Of a DNA stretch of 64,000 bases, positions 63,240 to 64,000 are shown one piece after another (within the stretch, counting starts at the first letter, position 1; the number at the start of each line of letters is the position of its first letter). Source of the stretch: Gammaproteobacteria bacterium. GTDB lineage: Bacteria; Pseudomonadota; Gammaproteobacteria; Steroidobacterales; Foliamicaceae. Made by a program: the position numbers and the translations under genes. The notes under the pieces are model-generated. The model did not search any database, had not been told where the DNA came from, and worked only from the letters and a program-made list of their open reading frames with translations. Where the stretch lies: NCBI GenBank assembly GCA_009845905.1, contig VXYS01000010.1:94321-158320 (forward strand), read 5' to 3'.

Positions 63240-64000
63240 CTAGTCAGCGCTTTCGGGAGATTCCTCTGAGCGGGCGCCGAGGAGTTGCATCATGACGTCG
63301 AGCTCGTTGAAGAGCATCCATTCCTCGGTGATGCGCCCTTCCTCGATGCGATGCTGGGTGATGCCGCGTATCCGCGCCTCGCGTCCCGTGGGCGGACCGA
63401 ACACGCCGTTGCCGCGGTGCGCGCCGTACGCGTTCCAGCGGGTGGACACCAGGTAGCCCTCGTCGGGATTGCCCATCCAGTAGACCTCGTCCACGTCCAA
63501 GGCCAGGTCGGGGAACTGCGCGAGCAGTGACAGCACGAAGGCCTGGTACGGCCCGAGGCCGCTGAAGGCGCGATCGGTGGGGCCGTTGAATACCAGGTTG
63601 TCGGCGTAACGGCCCTGCAGCGTGCCGAGCATCCGGCGGTTCCAGACGCACTGGTAGAGGCTCCTGATGAAGTCTTCCACGTCCAGCTCCCCCGAGGATT
63701 CGGGAACCGGGGGCCAGGCGGGCTTGGCCTGGCCTCGCTGGCGGGCCGGCTCGCCCGCGGTGTAGTCGTCGGGCAGCGCGGCACCTCCCGTTTCGGCCAT
63801 CTGCCGCGCCACGTCGGCAAGATCGAGGCCCATCTGGCGCAGCATCGCCGAGGTGTTGTAGAGCACGTGCTCCAGGAAAATCTCGTTCTCGCGCGACACG
63901 CAGTTGGCGATGCACCAGAGCGATACCCGCTTTCCGGTGGGCGGGCCGTAGCGGCTGTAGCCGGTGTTGTCGCCCTGGATGATCGTGCGATGCGAAGTGT
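63240..64000 (-). CDS. tandem SnoaL/NTF2-like domain protein, 5'-truncated by the window edge
   Basis: The listed ORF starts at the GTG at 63899, but the frame stays open to the window edge. The upstream translation (RYGPPTGKRVSLWCIANCVSRENEIFLEHVLYNTSAMLRQMGLD) parallels YGPATGKKVTTHVIADCVVRNGLIEKEWLVRDNLSLVRQLGLD of the 54425-55396 protein. Confidence 0.7.
   Translation of the reverse strand, partial: TSHRTIIQGDNTGYSRYGPPTGKRVSLWCIANCVSRENEIFLEHVLYNTSAMLRQMGLDLADVARQMAETGGAALPDDYTAGEPARQRGQAKPAWPPVPESSGELDVEDFIRSLYQCVWNRRMLGTLQGRYADNLVFNGPTDRAFSGLGPYQAFVLSLLAQFPDLALDVDEVYWMGNPDEGYLVSTRWNAYGAHRGNGVFGPPTGREARIRGITQHRIEEGRITEEWMLFNELDVMMQLLGARSEESPESAD

Noticed and set aside
1-64000. Horizontally acquired genomic island, prophage or defence system
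   Set aside because: There is no integrase, transposase, tRNA attachment site, phage structural gene or recognisable defence gene (nuclease/helicase/ATPase combinations). Composition looks uniform except for short AT-richer promoter regions near 22.5 kb and 62.7 kb.

Overview
This is a 64-kb, gene-dense, visibly GC-rich segment (about two-thirds G+C by eye). Its housekeeping synteny looks gammaproteobacterial: miaB-phoH/ybeZ-ybeY-corC, divergent ssb/uvrA, lnt and moeA. I call 53 protein-coding genes, one of which runs off the right edge. I found no rRNA, tRNA, CRISPR array, transposase, integrase or phage genes. The many long ORFs lying antisense to, or out of frame with, these genes are high-GC artefacts. 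The accessory content is mostly envelope transport (two TonB-dependent receptors, an RND pump, MFS and GPH transporters, a Tsx-like porin) and an unusual density of oxygenases and redox enzymes. These include three Rieske oxygenases, a P450, an HsaA-like and an FAD monooxygenase, a bicupin, a periplasmic amine oxidase with a cytochrome c, three SDRs, an ALDH and a QOR. The most interesting locus is 9.2-17.8 kb. There, an operon of RND permease, GOLPH3/GPP34-domain::cytochrome P450 fusion and membrane-fusion protein converges on an operon of a KshA/Neverland-like Rieske steroid oxygenase and a eukaryote-type sterol C-24 methyltransferase (Erg6/SMT-like). I read this as a candidate undescribed bacterial sterol tailoring and trafficking module. 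Other points worth a second look: two families of structured intergenic repeats (11 loci) whose hairpin arms co-vary; a TAT-exported flavin amine oxidase translationally coupled to a c-type cytochrome (NicA2/CycN-like); tandem Rieske paralogs with mosaic conservation; a porin plus three non-canonical FGE-like periplasmic proteins; phased GTTAC boxes beside an OmpR-type two-component system and a 38-codon ORF. All family assignments come from motifs recognised by eye. No database search was run.
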